Shown piece by piece: positions 1 to 9,389 of a stretch of DNA of 64,000 bases (within the stretch, counting starts at the first letter, position 1; each line of letters starts with the position of its first letter). Position numbers and translations under genes: made by a program. The stretch covers positions 203,569-267,568 of the forward strand of contig BOLA01000001.1 in assembly GCA_016861265.1 (NCBI GenBank), in the 5' to 3' direction. Source of the DNA: Patescibacteria group bacterium (GTDB lineage Bacteria > Patescibacteriota > Dojkabacteria > J137). The notes below the pieces were generated by a model. That model had not been told where the DNA came from. It searched no databases and was given only the letters and a program-made list of their open reading frames with translations.

Positions 1-71
1 GTAACCCAGCTTGTATCTATAATTTCTTCATTATTTTCTACTTGTGTATCTACAGAAGTTGGATCTGACAT
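1..71 (-). CDS. 5' end of a hypothetical protein (runs off the window edge)
   Basis: ATG at 71 opens MSDPTSVDTQVENNEEIIDTSWV with no stop before the edge. Confidence 0.55.
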   Translation of the reverse strand, partial: MSDPTSVDTQVENNEEIIDTSWV

Positions 72-130
72 AGATTGCTTTTAAAAAGTTAATATAATCA
101 TATTATTTTCTTGTGAGCAGAATTGTCAAT

Positions 131-155
131 AAAAAACCTCCCGAAAGGGAGGTTT
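131..155 (-). terminator. Intrinsic terminator of rplU-rpmA
   Basis: AAACCTCC/GGAGGTTT stem; A-run at 131-136 gives a U-tract on the minus strand. Confidence 0.85.
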
Positions 156-176
156 AAATTCTTAAATCAATTTGGC

Positions 177-470
177 TTATTCAGCCTTTGCCTCTTCTTC
201 TCTAACTGCCTCAGGTAAAATATCTACATATTTCTGAGTTCTCTTATAGCCAGTCATTCTTCTAAAGTGAACATAACCATCTTCTTTTGCGAATATGGTA
301 AAGTCTCTTCCTATTGAAGCATTTTTACCTGGGTAAAATTGTGATCCTCTTTGTCTAACAATAATTTCACCTGCGTTTACTTTTTGACCACCAAATCTTT
401 TAATACCAAGTCTCTTGCCTGGTACATCAACTGTTCTTTTTGCGGAACCTGTAGCTGCGGAATGTGCCAT
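177..470 (-). CDS. rpmA: 50S ribosomal protein L27
   Basis: MAH start, KRLGIKRFGGQ, IIVRQRG, GRDFTIFA. Confidence 0.98.
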   Translation of the reverse strand: MAHSAATGSAKRTVDVPGKRLGIKRFGGQKVNAGEIIVRQRGSQFYPGKNASIGRDFTIFAKEDGYVHFRRMTGYKRTQKYVDILPEAVREEEAKAE

Positions 471-489
471 ATATTAATAATTAACAGTA

Positions 490-804
490 TTAAAATTTAA
501 TAGATAACACTTTAAACTTTGTTACCTGTTTTCTAAATCCTCTTTTTCTTCTATATCTTGATTTTGCCTTGAAAATTCTACTTGTAACTTTTTCACCCTT
601 TTCATGACTTAAAACCTCAATTTCAACAGCAGCTTTATCTAAAACTGGTGCTCCAACTGAAATATCCGAACCTTCTCCAGCAGCTAAAACATCTGCTAGT
701 TTGATCTTTCCAACTTCAGCACTGAATTTTGGTAATTCATATTCTTTTCCTTCTTCAAGAGTGTATTGACTTCCACCCAATTTTATAATCGCAAATTTAC
801 TCAT
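490..804 (-). CDS. rplU: 50S ribosomal protein L21
   Basis: AIIKLGGSQY, KGEKV..FKAKSRYRRKRGFR; adjacent to rpmA. Confidence 0.97.
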   Translation of the reverse strand: MSKFAIIKLGGSQYTLEEGKEYELPKFSAEVGKIKLADVLAAGEGSDISVGAPVLDKAAVEIEVLSHEKGEKVTSRIFKAKSRYRRKRGFRKQVTKFKVLSIKF

Positions 805-865
805 AATTTCTTAGTTAAAATAGCTCACGAATGATAATATAAAATCGACAAAAGTACAAGTGCAA

Positions 866-894
866 TTGAAAAAAACTTTGCATTAACATAGACT
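866..894 (+). promoter_or_regulatory. sigma70-type promoter, probably leaderless start
   Basis: TTGAAA-N17-TAGACT-N6-ATG(901). Confidence 0.6.
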
Positions 895-900
895 GTATTT

Positions 901-1674
901 ATGAGCAATTCCTACGAAATAGACAGTCTGAAAGACCTACTAAACTTTGACTATAAAACCGAAGATATTTATTCTGTTCAAGGCAGAATGAGAGCCCTAA
1001 TAGAGTACTACAAAATTAACTCGGAATTAGCCTGTTTGCGTGACTTTCTAAAAGTATACTGCCTAGTTACCGAAAAGGTTGTGGATTCAAGATTTCAGCA
1101 AGATAAATACTTCTCAAATGTAAGAGAATTAAATAAATTAGATGTAATCTTTTGCCACTATTACTTTAGAGCAGTAAAAGAATATGTAATGCATGGAGCA
1201 ACAATTTCCCCATGGGTTAATAGCTTTAGAATAAGCAGTGAACATAATGCTCCATTTATTAATGTTTTAATGGGTATAAATTCTCATATAAACGGAGATC
1301 TACCTATTTGTTTACTGGATATGAATTTTAAGAGTAAAGGTGACTTTGATAAAGTAAGTTCAATATTGTATGCAGTAATTCCTAGCGTATTAAGCTATTT
1401 AGCATTCGAACGAATGGACTTTTATGGAGCATTTGGACTGTTGGCAAAGAAATTTATTGAAGATGAGTTTAATACCCTTATAGTCAAATGGAGATCAAAT
1501 GCCTACAATAATTACAATAAATTGAAAAATTCCAAGAATACATCGAAGGATATTAAATTTATTAAAGAATCCACTGAAACCATTTCTGAAAACATATATA
1601 ATATCTTTAAAAATGAAGTTTTAAATCCTATAAATTTAATAAACGATCTAAATAAATTAGAAGTTATCTTATGA
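901..1674 (+). CDS. DUF5995-like protein
   Basis: FLKVYCLVT, LDVIFCHYYF, LMGINSHINGDLP pattern. Confidence 0.7.
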   Translation: MSNSYEIDSLKDLLNFDYKTEDIYSVQGRMRALIEYYKINSELACLRDFLKVYCLVTEKVVDSRFQQDKYFSNVRELNKLDVIFCHYYFRAVKEYVMHGATISPWVNSFRISSEHNAPFINVLMGINSHINGDLPICLLDMNFKSKGDFDKVSSILYAVIPSVLSYLAFERMDFYGAFGLLAKKFIEDEFNTLIVKWRSNAYNNYNKLKNSKNTSKDIKFIKESTETISENIYNIFKNEVLNPINLINDLNKLEVIL

Positions 1675-2867
1675 CTTTAAGCCAAGACATACTTAGAAAA
1701 ATGCTGGAGCTACCGCACAGAATGGCGGGTACTACTTACGAACAGAAGGCAGCTGAATACATAAAAAATGTTTACGCCTACTTCGGTGTAACCGCAAAAG
1801 AAGTTCCTTCTTCTACTCTATCTCACAGTTTTCAAAACCACCTAATAATAAGTTTTGCATTAATAATGCTTACAATAGTGGTTAATTTTTTAGGAATAGC
1901 ATTAATAACAATTCCTTTATTTATATTTACAGTTCTTGTTTATTTAAGATTATTTAACTTGCCGTTTAGATTTTTTAAGAAGAGAACACAATCTCAAAAT
2001 ATTTATGCTGAAATACCTGCAAAAGACAAGCAAAAGTACACACTGGTTTTCACTAGTCACTACGATACAAGCGGCGATTTAGGCCCTCTGGTATCGATTT
2101 TAGGGCCAATATATAACTATATGCGTACATCCTCAGGGTTAAATATTCCTGAATACTTAAATAACGTACTAATTTTACCGAACTTATCTTTAGGATTAAC
2201 ATTGTTAGCACTATTCATTCCAGATAATTCCGCTAAGTTTTTCTTCGGCATTTTTGCGGCTATACCACTACTGACAGGGATTTTCTTCTTGAACAAGAGT
2301 AAAAAGAAACCTACACTGGGAGCCTACGATAACGGAGTAGGAACATCGTTATTAGTTGAACTTGCGGCGTTCTTTAATAAAAATCCGCTTGATAATACAA
2401 GACTGATTTTTGCAAATGTTGCAGCAGGAGAAACCTTAACAAGGGGAACTATACCATTGCTCAATTCACTAAACTTGGAAAAGGTTAATACATTTATTGT
2501 AGACCTTGAATGCATAGGTGAGGAACAACTTACACTAGTAAGTAGTGAGCCATCCTACCCTATTGGCTTACCTGTTCCTTTTGATTCAACATTCGAAGTA
2601 ATTGCAGATTTTGCCCAGGATTTTTTTCAGGATGATTTTAAGGTTGTTGACTCTCCATTACCTAGCGCAAACCAGGACCTAATTATAAATGGATATAGAG
2701 TCACGGCTATTGTTACTACTATGCCAAAAAATGGTTATCCTAAAAGGTTTCACTCCTCCAAGGACTATTTTGAGAGTATAAAATGGGATAAAGTAGAAAA
2801 TATTAGAGACTTTATTATCGGTTACTGTAGCTATTTTGATGATGTAAGCAAGGAAGTAATACTTTAA
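1671..2867 (+). CDS. Membrane-embedded M28-family peptidase-like protein
   Basis: SHYDT, GAYDNGVG, FHSSKD; TM segments; ATGA overlap with the upstream gene. Confidence 0.75.
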   Translation: MTLSQDILRKMLELPHRMAGTTYEQKAAEYIKNVYAYFGVTAKEVPSSTLSHSFQNHLIISFALIMLTIVVNFLGIALITIPLFIFTVLVYLRLFNLPFRFFKKRTQSQNIYAEIPAKDKQKYTLVFTSHYDTSGDLGPLVSILGPIYNYMRTSSGLNIPEYLNNVLILPNLSLGLTLLALFIPDNSAKFFFGIFAAIPLLTGIFFLNKSKKKPTLGAYDNGVGTSLLVELAAFFNKNPLDNTRLIFANVAAGETLTRGTIPLLNSLNLEKVNTFIVDLECIGEEQLTLVSSEPSYPIGLPVPFDSTFEVIADFAQDFFQDDFKVVDSPLPSANQDLIINGYRVTAIVTTMPKNGYPKRFHSSKDYFESIKWDKVENIRDFIIGYCSYFDDVSKEVIL

Positions 2868-3847
2868 TATAGCGTTACTAAACAAATTTCCGCATCTGTA
2901 TTAATTCTTAACCTGCTGCCAGAATGTCCAATACCCTGAGATAGTAGCAGCTTTGTATTTTTGTTAATCTGGAATATACCTTTAGTTAACCATCTTCTTT
3001 TAGTAGGCATAGGAAGAACTGCTCCAATTATAGGCATATAAATCTGACCGGAATGATTATGGCCGCTCAGAATTAAATCTATATTGTCATTTTCTGAAAT
3101 AAAATCGATTACATCTGGGTTATGCGATAAAAGTATATTTACGGCGCCTTTCTCTGAACCTTCAAATGCCTTTTCAATATTAAATGTTTTTGAATATAGA
3201 TCAGGAATTCCTGCGATATTTAATTTAGTTCCGCTAATTGTTTGAATTGTATTATTGTTAATTAACAGTTGAATATTTGATTTTGAAAATGCATTAATAA
3301 ATTCTGTTGGAATATTATATTCGACCTTATCTTCTAGATACTCTGCATCGTGATTACCGTAAACTGCATAGACCCTCCCTTTTATATTTTTTAGTTGCTC
3401 TAATAGTTCCGGCTCTATGTCGTGAGTTAAAAAATCTCCTCCTAGCAATACTAAATCCTGATTTTGATTGTTAATTGTCTGAATAATCTTGTTAAGTCTT
3501 TTAGTGTTAGTACTCGCATATTCCTTGCCTACATGAAGATCGCTTACAAACAAGAATTGAACTTCTTTTTTTAGCCCTATATCGATTTTATATTCATTAA
3601 TTTTTATTCTATAAAACTTAATAAAAATGTAATAAAAAAAGAAGAGCTGTAATGAGAATAAAATTACTGAGAGTATAAGCAACTGCGATGAAAGAGAAAA
3701 AGCAAAAGTAATAAAGATTACAAATAACCCAGAAATCAATCCCGAGAAATCAATTGTAGGTCCCATTAACTTACGAAATCTTGCCATTGCACCTTTTCTT
3801 GGCATTAAAACAAGCTTATCTATATTTTCTTTTGAAAATCTATCCAT
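2864..3847 (-). CDS. Membrane-anchored metallophosphoesterase (YkuE-like)
   Basis: SDLH, GGDF, GNHD, SHNPD, SGHNHSGQ. Confidence 0.92.
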   Translation of the reverse strand: MDRFSKENIDKLVLMPRKGAMARFRKLMGPTIDFSGLISGLFVIFITFAFSLSSQLLILSVILFSLQLFFFYYIFIKFYRIKINEYKIDIGLKKEVQFLFVSDLHVGKEYASTNTKRLNKIIQTINNQNQDLVLLGGDFLTHDIEPELLEQLKNIKGRVYAVYGNHDAEYLEDKVEYNIPTEFINAFSKSNIQLLINNNTIQTISGTKLNIAGIPDLYSKTFNIEKAFEGSEKGAVNILLSHNPDVIDFISENDNIDLILSGHNHSGQIYMPIIGAVLPMPTKRRWLTKGIFQINKNTKLLLSQGIGHSGSRLRINTDAEICLVTLY

Positions 3848-3909
3848 AGTTTTTAGTGTGAACCAGGATATTTTATAGTTGTTTGAAGTTTATGTAAACA
3901 GAAAGTACA

Positions 3910-3934
3910 TGGCGGGGGTGTTTATTCCCCGCCA
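3910..3934 (-). terminator. Terminator hairpin after the glycan operon
   Basis: TGGCGGGG/CCCCGCCA stem followed by U-rich sequence on the minus strand. Confidence 0.65.
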
Positions 3935-3949
3935 CATTTGCTGAATGAA

Positions 3950-5068
3950 CTACTGATTGAAGCAGGAACGAATCTCTGCTTCGCTGGGTAGGTCGTAGAA
4001 GTTGTATGTTAGTACCCCTTGATTTATTGCCCTATCCCGCTGATTCTCCATTCGATCATAAAATCCTACAGCCCACCAGAATGGACCATTGAACCCAAAA
4101 CTTTCGCCAAATTCCTGCATAAATTGACAGGTACCGGCGTAGTAACGAGTCTGTGCTGAGAAATCACGTCTTCCTCCATTGTTACCATTCCATGGTGTAA
4201 TGAAGGAACCAACCCGAGGAGTCACACCTACCTCCGCAAACATTATCGGCATATTGAGCCGATCGTGGTAACTGCGGAGATATGGTAACCACTCTTGCCA
4301 TGCATAGTAAATGTCCGTTGATGTGGCATCGTTGCCAATGCCATGTAGATCAAAGAACGCATCCACCATTAACACGTCAAGAGAAGGTGCAAACCCCGGT
4401 AACTCAGAAACTGGCGTCCAGTTCTTCGCGTATGTTACATTCCCGGAATACACTGCACGAACGCTCGCAATTAGCTGATTCCATCTATCGGTGTACCTTT
4501 GCTGGTCCTTATCAAGAGATTCCATCTCTGCACCGATAATTAACCCTAGCGCGCGTTCTTCTTCCGCTATCGCTGCATATTTAAGGATTAGGGCTCCGTA
4601 ATTGGCGAACCATTCGTCCAGTGCAGCATCGTTAAAATCACCACCCGGTACAATTGCACCTCGCCACGTCCCGGTTCTTTCGTCGTCTATGAGAGGCTTA
4701 AGCCAGACATAGTATCCTCTTGACCTTCCCTCCCGAAGAAAGATACGAATGTTTTCCTCGGATGGTGTAAGCAGAGGATCTTCATACAGAACCGTTGTTG
4801 TGGCTCCGTCTTGAAAGATCGGGAATGTAAAGATAATTGAGTTTACCCCCAATTCCCTACTATCAAGATCATCGAAAAACGCGACTGTATTGCCCTGCAT
4901 GGTAGTATCGTTCCCATACAGAACAACCGATATCCCTTTTTGATAGGGGATTTGCGTCCCGATTGGAATTGGATTGTACTCTTCTGTTGGAGGGCCTTCT
5001 TGGGCATTCACTGGCAATGGAGCCAGTGCGATCACCAGTAGAATTAGAATACTGAGAATCCTAAGCAT
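3950..5068 (-). CDS. Secreted GH113-like glycoside hydrolase (TIM barrel)
   Basis: Signal peptide (VNA-Q); LKPL..WRG, IGAEM, VTYAKNW, FAEVG. Confidence 0.8.
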   Translation of the reverse strand: MLRILSILILLVIALAPLPVNAQEGPPTEEYNPIPIGTQIPYQKGISVVLYGNDTTMQGNTVAFFDDLDSRELGVNSIIFTFPIFQDGATTTVLYEDPLLTPSEENIRIFLREGRSRGYYVWLKPLIDDERTGTWRGAIVPGGDFNDAALDEWFANYGALILKYAAIAEEERALGLIIGAEMESLDKDQQRYTDRWNQLIASVRAVYSGNVTYAKNWTPVSELPGFAPSLDVLMVDAFFDLHGIGNDATSTDIYYAWQEWLPYLRSYHDRLNMPIMFAEVGVTPRVGSFITPWNGNNGGRRDFSAQTRYYAGTCQFMQEFGESFGFNGPFWWAVGFYDRMENQRDRAINQGVLTYNFYDLPSEAEIRSCFNQ

Positions 5069-5089
5069 TTGACCTCCAGAGGAGGGGTT

Positions 5090-6517
5090 TTACCCCTCCA
5101 TATTATCGCCCTTGTGATGTGTCTTCGACCAGCCTTGTGCAGCCTTGTTGGATTTCAGGAACTGATAGACTGCCACATAACCGGCTATTGAAATCAGCAG
5201 CCAGTAAAGTGGAGCAAACAGTCCCATTATCACATTCGAGTAGTTCTTCGTTCTGAATGCGGCAGTCTTAAGCATGTACACGTACATGTAGTTTCCCGCC
5301 GAGAAACAGAACATTGCCACGTAGAAAATAAGCGGAGGATAGAGCTGCTGAATAAACTCTGAGTGGGTAACAGCATAGATAGCCGTCATTCCCCAAAACA
5401 CAGGGTTTACCAGGTAAAGTACAAGCGGCGCACCAATAACGTACTGAAACCCGACAAAGCCTTTCCAACCAAGTTCTTGCTGAAGCCTGATTGGGTTACG
5501 CATATGTCGGAAGTACGTTTGGATAGCCCCCTTTATCCATCTACTCCGCTGTTTTACCATATCGAAAGCATTCTCGACAGCTTCTTCTGACGTGATCGAG
5601 TCGAGAACCAATGTGCTATAACCGAGTCTCGCAAACTTAACAGCGAGATCCATGTCTTCCGTTACGTTGAGGGAATCCCAACCTCCCACCTCGCGTATTG
5701 CACTAGTGAGAATGTAGTTGGAGGTTCCTCCAAGAGGTGACACCAACCCTAGTCGAGTTAGTCCGGGCAGCATTATTGAGAAATGCTGCAAGTAGTCCAG
5801 ATTCAACATCCTGGTAACCCAGGAACGATTAGCGTTTTGACTGAACGCAAGACGTGCCTGAACGCAGACCAGATGTGGATTATTGACCACTTCTCGGAAG
5901 TAGCTAACCATTGCCTTTCTGGGCTGCAATTTATCGGGCTTGTCTTCACTGTCAAATACGACGGTAAAATCGCTTCGCCAGTGAACGTAACCCTGGTCGA
6001 ACAGGTAGTTCATTGCCGCAGGTTTGGTCTTGGCCCCTCCTTTCGGACGAACAATAACCTTGAAATGCTTTGGAAGAGCAAGCTGAGTATATGCCTCGAT
6101 TGTGGCAAAATCCCCCTCTTCCAATACGATTAGAACCTGCATACGATTCTTCGGATAGTTCAGCTCCCATATGCTTTTAACAATTTGGCGAGCCACTGCT
6201 GGTTCCACATATGACGGAACAATCACGGTGATGTACGGAAATTCGTTAAGAGCTAATGCCTCTGAGTCATCAACTGCCACTAAGCTTCCTTCCTTCATGC
6301 CACTGACAGCGACAATGGAGGAAAATACGAACATTGAAGCGAAGAACAGTGTTGACAACGCTACGAATCCCTGCAAGTACTGTAGGAGTGTTAGCTGTAA
6401 CACCAACCCCAACATCACCGATCCTATACCCAGTGCAACAATGAAGCCCAGTTGAGACTTGCTCATACGAACTTCTGCACCAGGCCCGAATACTGCCCCC
6501 GAATTCAATTGATCCAT
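5090..6517 (-). CDS. GT2 processive synthase-like glycosyltransferase
   Basis: KTKPAAMN, FDSED, PLGGTSN, TEDMDL, QRSRW (QxxRW); flanking TM helices. Confidence 0.92.
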   Translation of the reverse strand: MDQLNSGAVFGPGAEVRMSKSQLGFIVALGIGSVMLGLVLQLTLLQYLQGFVALSTLFFASMFVFSSIVAVSGMKEGSLVAVDDSEALALNEFPYITVIVPSYVEPAVARQIVKSIWELNYPKNRMQVLIVLEEGDFATIEAYTQLALPKHFKVIVRPKGGAKTKPAAMNYLFDQGYVHWRSDFTVVFDSEDKPDKLQPRKAMVSYFREVVNNPHLVCVQARLAFSQNANRSWVTRMLNLDYLQHFSIMLPGLTRLGLVSPLGGTSNYILTSAIREVGGWDSLNVTEDMDLAVKFARLGYSTLVLDSITSEEAVENAFDMVKQRSRWIKGAIQTYFRHMRNPIRLQQELGWKGFVGFQYVIGAPLVLYLVNPVFWGMTAIYAVTHSEFIQQLYPPLIFYVAMFCFSAGNYMYVYMLKTAAFRTKNYSNVIMGLFAPLYWLLISIAGYVAVYQFLKSNKAAQGWSKTHHKGDNMEG

Positions 6518-6532
6518 GTTGTCTGCCTTGTC

Positions 6533-8233
6533 TTATTGCGCTAACTTGTAGATGTGATAGAGTTCGTTTTCAAAGACCAAGACGTAATGGTCAATGAAAG
6601 ATTGCTGATTCCGAACAGTTGTCCATACACGATCTTCAGCAAAACCGGAGTATGGGCCTCTCATTACAATCCACTCCATCTGATTTGCATATGGAGCGTT
6701 TAGAACTGGTTCCCAAAGTCGATATGTACCCTCGTAAGTTATGTTTCCAAGGTTAATACCGCTTAGGAACTGTAGCTGCTCATTTCCGTAGGCTTCCAAC
6801 AACATTGTCCCGTTATCGTAGTTATCACCCAGCCATTCAGCAGCCTCTATTTGAAGCTGGCTGAACACGTAGGATGATGCACGTTGTGGTTCGATTAGTG
6901 TTGTAATCCCCGGATCCTGAAACAGTGCAAACTGCGAGAAGAGTACACAACCTCCAACAATAACTGCCAGCACTCGGCTTCTCCTAACTAAGTAACCCAC
7001 CATTGGGGCCACAGTCAGAATTATGATGAGTGCAAAGCGAATGTTGTAGAGAGTGTCCTCTGTCTGCATAACCTGCATGGGTCTTTGACCTTTGTAGATC
7101 ATAAACCCGAAGAACGGGATCATCACCAATGGCAGTAACGGAGCAAATGATTCCCTACGCAATCTGGTTGAGACCACGTAAATGAATAGACCTATTACAG
7201 CCAATACAACCACCATGCCAATGGTATCCCAGATCCCCCACCCGTAGGTCAGGAAAGCAACCCTAAGGTTTCCAAACCCGGCTTCTCTTCCCGAAACCCA
7301 ATTGCTGGGTGAGGAATAGGTACCGTTTTGAAACTCCAAAGGGTTACCAAAGATTGTCATATTCCAGACAATCCAGCCTATGACTCCGGCTAGTGCAACA
7401 AAACCCCACTCAGCCAGATGTCCCACTAGGTCCCAGAAGCGCACTCTGTTGCGAAGTAACACGTATGTGTAGATAGCAGCTTCCGCCACCACAATTACCC
7501 ATCCTTCGTAACGGATGGTACACATAATCACGCTTGCTACTCCATTCCAGAAGAGCCACTTATGGTTTGACGGTTCCTTACAAAGTTTCCAGAACGTGTA
7601 CATCGACAGCAATACCCCAAAATACATGGGAATTTCCGTCATTGATGTACTTTGCAGATACAGTACGTTTGGGTTGAGCATCAATACCATCCATGCGATT
7701 ACAGCGGCATATGTGCTATTAGTCAGTTCAAAGACGAACTTGAACATGTAATAGCCCATGACCAAATAGCAGAACATGGATACTGCGATCATTCCCAAGC
7801 CATGCGAGTAAAAGACGTTAGTCCGCAAAACACCCACAGTAAGCAGGTAGAGAGTCGTACAAATACCAATTACCACCCACCGAAACAATACAGTCCAACC
7901 TTTAAGCAGTCGGCGAATTGCAACAATGGACAGAACCAGTCCAAGTGCCAAAAAGATCGATCCGTATATGGTGTTTGACCAGATATCGGAGCAAACCAAT
8001 GGCAGACTTGCCAAATGGGTCAACGGTAGCCATACTGCCCCTAGCTGTGCAAGCCCGGGTGATGTACTATCGCAAACCCTGCGAGCGATCAATAGATGTG
8101 CCTGTGTATCGAAGTGGAGAAATCCCACATCGTTAACAGTCACAAGGGTAAAGCATACTACCGACAGCAGAAATGCAACTGCCATCAGAGTAGGCACGAT
8201 CCTTCTGGGCATTTGCCCAATACCTTCATTCAT
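6533..8233 (-). CDS. GT-C fold polytopic glycosyltransferase (PMT/ArnT-like)
   Basis: DTQAHLLIARR..LGAVWLPL, SMTE, IRYEGW; many TM helices plus C-terminal soluble domain. Confidence 0.75.
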   Translation of the reverse strand: MNEGIGQMPRRIVPTLMAVAFLLSVVCFTLVTVNDVGFLHFDTQAHLLIARRVCDSTSPGLAQLGAVWLPLTHLASLPLVCSDIWSNTIYGSIFLALGLVLSIVAIRRLLKGWTVLFRWVVIGICTTLYLLTVGVLRTNVFYSHGLGMIAVSMFCYLVMGYYMFKFVFELTNSTYAAVIAWMVLMLNPNVLYLQSTSMTEIPMYFGVLLSMYTFWKLCKEPSNHKWLFWNGVASVIMCTIRYEGWVIVVAEAAIYTYVLLRNRVRFWDLVGHLAEWGFVALAGVIGWIVWNMTIFGNPLEFQNGTYSSPSNWVSGREAGFGNLRVAFLTYGWGIWDTIGMVVVLAVIGLFIYVVSTRLRRESFAPLLPLVMIPFFGFMIYKGQRPMQVMQTEDTLYNIRFALIIILTVAPMVGYLVRRSRVLAVIVGGCVLFSQFALFQDPGITTLIEPQRASSYVFSQLQIEAAEWLGDNYDNGTMLLEAYGNEQLQFLSGINLGNITYEGTYRLWEPVLNAPYANQMEWIVMRGPYSGFAEDRVWTTVRNQQSFIDHYVLVFENELYHIYKLAQ

Positions 8234-8341
8234 TTTCAGAACCTCCTCAGGTCTGTTTTATGATTTTCTTATGTAGTTCATTCAGTTGTAAACGAACCTG
8301 TGATGAACAAGATTCATTCACATTAGCGCTGATTTTACCAT
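8234..8341 (-). promoter_or_regulatory. Promoter and structured 5' leader of the glycan operon
   Basis: Extended -10 TGGTAAAAT at 8341-8333; three hairpins; SD GAGGAGG before ATG 8233. Confidence 0.6.
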
Positions 8342-8464
8342 AAAACAGGTGTACATTGCTATATAAAAGCTATATAGGATAATTAAAGTACCCCTCCTAT
8401 TTTCTACTTGAAATTACAATACTAAAAGTTAGATAATCACGAGCTTACCCTTTTAAAAACTTTT

Positions 8465-9334
8465 ATGGATACATTAACAATACCCGACGGACTTGAAGTA
8501 GCGAGAGTTAAATCCGAGAAACTATCTGCAGAACCAAACTTTTTAGAGTATCTAGAATTTACCGACAGAAAGATTAATCAAATCTGCTACGAAGTTTTGC
8601 ACAATATTATAAAAGCAGTGGGAGAAGGCCGCACAGTGAATTTAATTGTCCCCTTGAACGGAGGTTTGCTTTTCTATAGAAAACTAATGGAATTGTTCAG
8701 CAATCTCGAACTTTCTACTAATGCATTAAACATTATTTTCTGTGATGAAGACGAAAGTGACAGATTACTTTTTTCACAGGAACCGTTAGATGTTACTAAT
8801 GCATACAACATTGTAATAGACGATATCTGGGATAAAGGAGGTACCGGAAGCGAAATAATCGAGGAGCTAAGAACATTTGGAGCCGTAGATACATTGGATT
8901 ATTTCGCATTCTGCCGAAAAGAAAGCTCTCCAACCCAGAACAATGGTGCCAGATTAGCAAATATGGATTCAGTAACTATATTCGAAGATAGGTGGTTACA
9001 CAACTGGGGAGGAATGAACAGCAGTCTTTTTAAAGATAGACCTAGGGTCACGGCACTAGAACGTACAAGTTTTCTGCCGCTCGTACCTTTACCTGAGTAC
9101 TTACAAGTAAAATTTAATACTCAAGATCCATTTACTGTTGATGCCTATATGGATTTGTTGACACAAACTAATTTAGCTGTAAACGGTGTAATACCTATTG
9201 AGGTATTTAACGATGTATTATTCCTTGAAGAAAACCCAAGTCTTGTAACAAGATTCGACTACATGACCAAACTACATGCAAGAATTGCTCAATCTATTGA
9301 AACTAGTAAAATAAAAGTGGATAGAGAAGGTTAA
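8465..9334 (+). CDS. Divergent type I phosphoribosyltransferase-fold protein
   Basis: VPLNGG and PRPP-loop-like IVIDDIWDKGGT. Confidence 0.6.
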   Translation: MDTLTIPDGLEVARVKSEKLSAEPNFLEYLEFTDRKINQICYEVLHNIIKAVGEGRTVNLIVPLNGGLLFYRKLMELFSNLELSTNALNIIFCDEDESDRLLFSQEPLDVTNAYNIVIDDIWDKGGTGSEIIEELRTFGAVDTLDYFAFCRKESSPTQNNGARLANMDSVTIFEDRWLHNWGGMNSSLFKDRPRVTALERTSFLPLVPLPEYLQVKFNTQDPFTVDAYMDLLTQTNLAVNGVIPIEVFNDVLFLEENPSLVTRFDYMTKLHARIAQSIETSKIKVDREG

Positions 9335-9389
9335 TAATCAAAATTTTTGTTAAAATCATTATAGATAAATATATATTAACGACCCAAGG

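Noticed and set aside
4282-8276. Several overlapping or antisense ORFs within the glycan operon
   Set aside because: Expected shadows of GC-richer coding DNA; no motifs.
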